DNA from: an uncultured Gemmatimonadota bacterium
GTDB lineage: Bacteria; SM23-81; DAOVCL01
Assembly (NCBI GenBank): GCA_964626665.1
Contig: CAZVGK010000047.1
Span: 1 to 17,128 of the forward strand
Direction: 5' to 3'
DNA: 17,128 nt
The position numbers were made by a program, and so were the translations under genes. Under the pieces are notes generated by a model. It was not told where the DNA came from and searched no databases. It worked only from the letters and a program-made list of their open reading frames with translations. How positions within the stretch are numbered: the stretch's first letter is position 1; each line of letters starts with the position of its first letter. Below are positions 14,784-17,128 of this stretch, in pieces.

Positions 14784-17036
14784 TCATCTGATCACCGCTA
14801 TCTTTCCCCTCCGACTGTTTCCATTCTTATCCCTTACCACCCAGAGATAGACCCCGCTGGCTACCAGGTTTCCGCCCTGATTTCTTCCGTCCCAGCTTAC
14901 CAGGCCAGACCCGTCAGAGGGTATCTCCCTGACCAGCTCGCCGTTAACGGTAAAGATGTATACAATGGATGTGGCCGTAAGCCTTTTGAACTTGACCTCG
15001 GTTCCATCTTGGGAGAGGAGGAGAGGGTTGGGGTAAACCAGAAGCTGGGAAAATGTAGACTCCGGCTCCACTATACCCAACTCATACATAGAAAGTCCCT
15101 TGTCCGTCCCAATCCAGAGGTAACCTTGAGCCTTGTCTAAGAGGAGACAGTTTATCTTCTCGTCCAAAAGGCTACTGGTCTTGGGGGTAAACTCCTGCCA
15201 GAGGAAGTTCTCGCCGTCATATCTGAGCAGACCATTGCTGGTGCCAAACCATTTGTTTCCCTTGGTGTCCACCTCTATGGAGTTGACCTCTCGTTGTCCA
15301 ATCATGTCCAAATAGTTTGGCAGGAACCTGTATCCAGGGATGGGGACCGGGGAGAGCAAGGAATCATATCTGCTCACCCCTTCATCTGTGCCCATCCAGA
15401 TGGAGCCATCAAGGTCAATCGCCAGGGAGTTCACCTTGTTGTTTAGAAGCCCATCCCTCTCCCCCAGGAAGTGCTCCCACTTATCATCATTCCGATTGAA
15501 TGGAGTCCCATTGTCGTCAATGAGATGGCTTATTCCACCCTGGCTGCCCCCTACTCCAGGGAGGTGAGCAAACCATTTCCCCCCCTGGTTATCTATGAGC
15601 ATATCCTGGATTAACGCTGAGAAAAGACCGCCCTCATTTTTCTGGGGGTAGACAATCCAGTTAACCTCCTCACTGTCTAAAACGACTACTCCCCTGTACC
15701 AGTTGGCAAAGTATTTGTTGTTGGCATTGTCCACTATTATCTGGTTTACCACCACATTCCAGGTGGCCCACTTATAATTGGGATCGCTCCACCTGAGGAT
15801 GCTGTTATCCTCATCGTAGAGGGTCTGATTTCCCTCTGGATCAAGCTTGATCACCCCTCCCGCCCAGAGGCCAAACCACTTGTTCCCTAATCTGTCCGCG
15901 GCCACCGCACAGAGGCCTCGTGAGATAGGGCTTTCATGATAACCATTGCTCTCATGAAGTGTAGTATCTGCTATTGGGGTGAAGTTCTCCCATCTCTTTC
16001 CATCGAAGCCGCTCATCCCATACCCTGGAGAGGCCAACCAAAGATTCCCCTCATCATCCAGGGCCATATCCGCTATCCTGTTCCCGATGGATCCCTCGGT
16101 CTCAAAGGGATATTGCCACCCTCCATCTAAGTAGAGGAGGGTTCCCTCCCCCCAGGTCCCCACCCAGAGCTCTCCCTGTGGGCCAACGCTTAACTTACGA
16201 GGAACTGAGGAGGGACATTTCAAGGAGTCGAGATTTGCCCCATCCCACCGCCAAACCCCCTTTGCGGTTATCGCCAGAAGTGTATCAGAGTAAGTCCTCA
16301 GATCGTAGACAACGCCCTTATGCCAATCTCCGCCAACTGCGTGCCAGGAACTATCGGCAAATTTGTAGATACCGTTTTTGGTGCCCGCACATATCTCCCC
16401 CTGGTATGAGGTGATCGTATTAATCTTGTCTTCTCCTAAAGAAGGGTTATTCTCGGTGGTGAAGTAGGTCCACTGGGCAGGGTCCCTCAGGTTTTCCGTC
16501 TGGGTAATATCGATATATGAGATCCCCCCCTCTGTGCCGGCCCAGAGGGTATCCCCCCAAAAGAAGAGGCACCTGATGGGTCGATCCCTCTGCAGCCCAA
16601 CTCCAGGCTGCTCGCAGACCTCTAAGCTGAGCCAGGTTTGGGGGTCAAATTTGATCAGATTCTGTTCGGTGGCCACCCAGAGGTACCCCTGATGGTAAAC
16701 GAGGTCGTTGACGGCAAATCCCAGGGAGGCTCTACTCCATTGCCCGTGGGGCCCCAGCCTGTTTAATACCCCATCTACCAGGCCAAACCAGAGGTTACCC
16801 TCCTCATCTACCTCCACGGCCTGCACATTTATCCCCCCTAAACCCTCTGTGTTCCGATAGATGGTGTAAGAGCTATCCGAGTTATCGTATCTCACTACCC
16901 CACCGGTCGTTCCCCACCAGACCTGGCTGCCTATAACCTTCAGATCGCTAAGATAATTGGTATTGGTATAGGTGCGCCAACCCCCTGCCTGGGCCAGGCC
17001 AGGCAGAAGGATAAGGAAGAGAATGAAGGCTTTCAT
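14784..17036 (-). CDS. Secreted beta-propeller protein with C-terminal FlgD-Ig/T9SS-type sorting domain (PorZ-like)
   Basis: Signal peptide MKAFILFLILLPGLAQA from ATG 17036 (the ORF track starts at 17063). Repeated D..GNxWFGT..G propeller blades. C-terminus VYPNP...IFTVNGELVR...WDGRNQGGNLVASGVY...KIAVIR. Confidence 0.8.
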   Translation of the reverse strand: MKAFILFLILLPGLAQAGGWRTYTNTNYLSDLKVIGSQVWWGTTGGVVRYDNSDSSYTIYRNTEGLGGINVQAVEVDEEGNLWFGLVDGVLNRLGPHGQWSRASLGFAVNDLVYHQGYLWVATEQNLIKFDPQTWLSLEVCEQPGVGLQRDRPIRCLFFWGDTLWAGTEGGISYIDITQTENLRDPAQWTYFTTENNPSLGEDKINTITSYQGEICAGTKNGIYKFADSSWHAVGGDWHKGVVYDLRTYSDTLLAITAKGVWRWDGANLDSLKCPSSVPRKLSVGPQGELWVGTWGEGTLLYLDGGWQYPFETEGSIGNRIADMALDDEGNLWLASPGYGMSGFDGKRWENFTPIADTTLHESNGYHESPISRGLCAVAADRLGNKWFGLWAGGVIKLDPEGNQTLYDEDNSILRWSDPNYKWATWNVVVNQIIVDNANNKYFANWYRGVVVLDSEEVNWIVYPQKNEGGLFSALIQDMLIDNQGGKWFAHLPGVGGSQGGISHLIDDNGTPFNRNDDKWEHFLGERDGLLNNKVNSLAIDLDGSIWMGTDEGVSRYDSLLSPVPIPGYRFLPNYLDMIGQREVNSIEVDTKGNKWFGTSNGLLRYDGENFLWQEFTPKTSSLLDEKINCLLLDKAQGYLWIGTDKGLSMYELGIVEPESTFSQLLVYPNPLLLSQDGTEVKFKRLTATSIVYIFTVNGELVREIPSDGSGLVSWDGRNQGGNLVASGVYLWVVRDKNGNSRRGKIAVIR

Positions 17037-17128
17037 TTTCCCCCGCAATTTCCCCCCTTTCAAAAAGATTGCAAATACATGACTATCGGCTAAATTGTAA
17101 TATAAAGGAAATTAAACGACATTTCTCT

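Overview
The window has two halves. Bases 1-7660 are an accessory region dense in small palindromic or inverted-repeat (TIR) elements. It holds a 5'-truncated sigma-70 region-4 fragment, a 352-aa hypothetical gene, a VapBC-like toxin-antitoxin (TA) pair and a decayed integron. The integron consists of a C-terminal intI remnant missed by the ORF track (co-oriented with its array), a putative attI, a TumA/TumE-like TA cassette and a clear 78-bp attC. Directly after the attC is a translationally coupled three-gene operon: a small helical protein, a HExxH zinc-metallopeptidase-like protein and a variant trimeric dCTP deaminase. This operon is the best candidate for an undescribed system, possibly anti-phage nucleotide depletion. 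Bases 7671-17063 are a minus-strand housekeeping block: a PorZ-like beta-propeller protein with a C-terminal sorting domain, rnfCDGEAB, tatC and nfo. The sorting domain suggests an FCB-group host (inference). All calls come from reading motifs by eye; no database searches were run.
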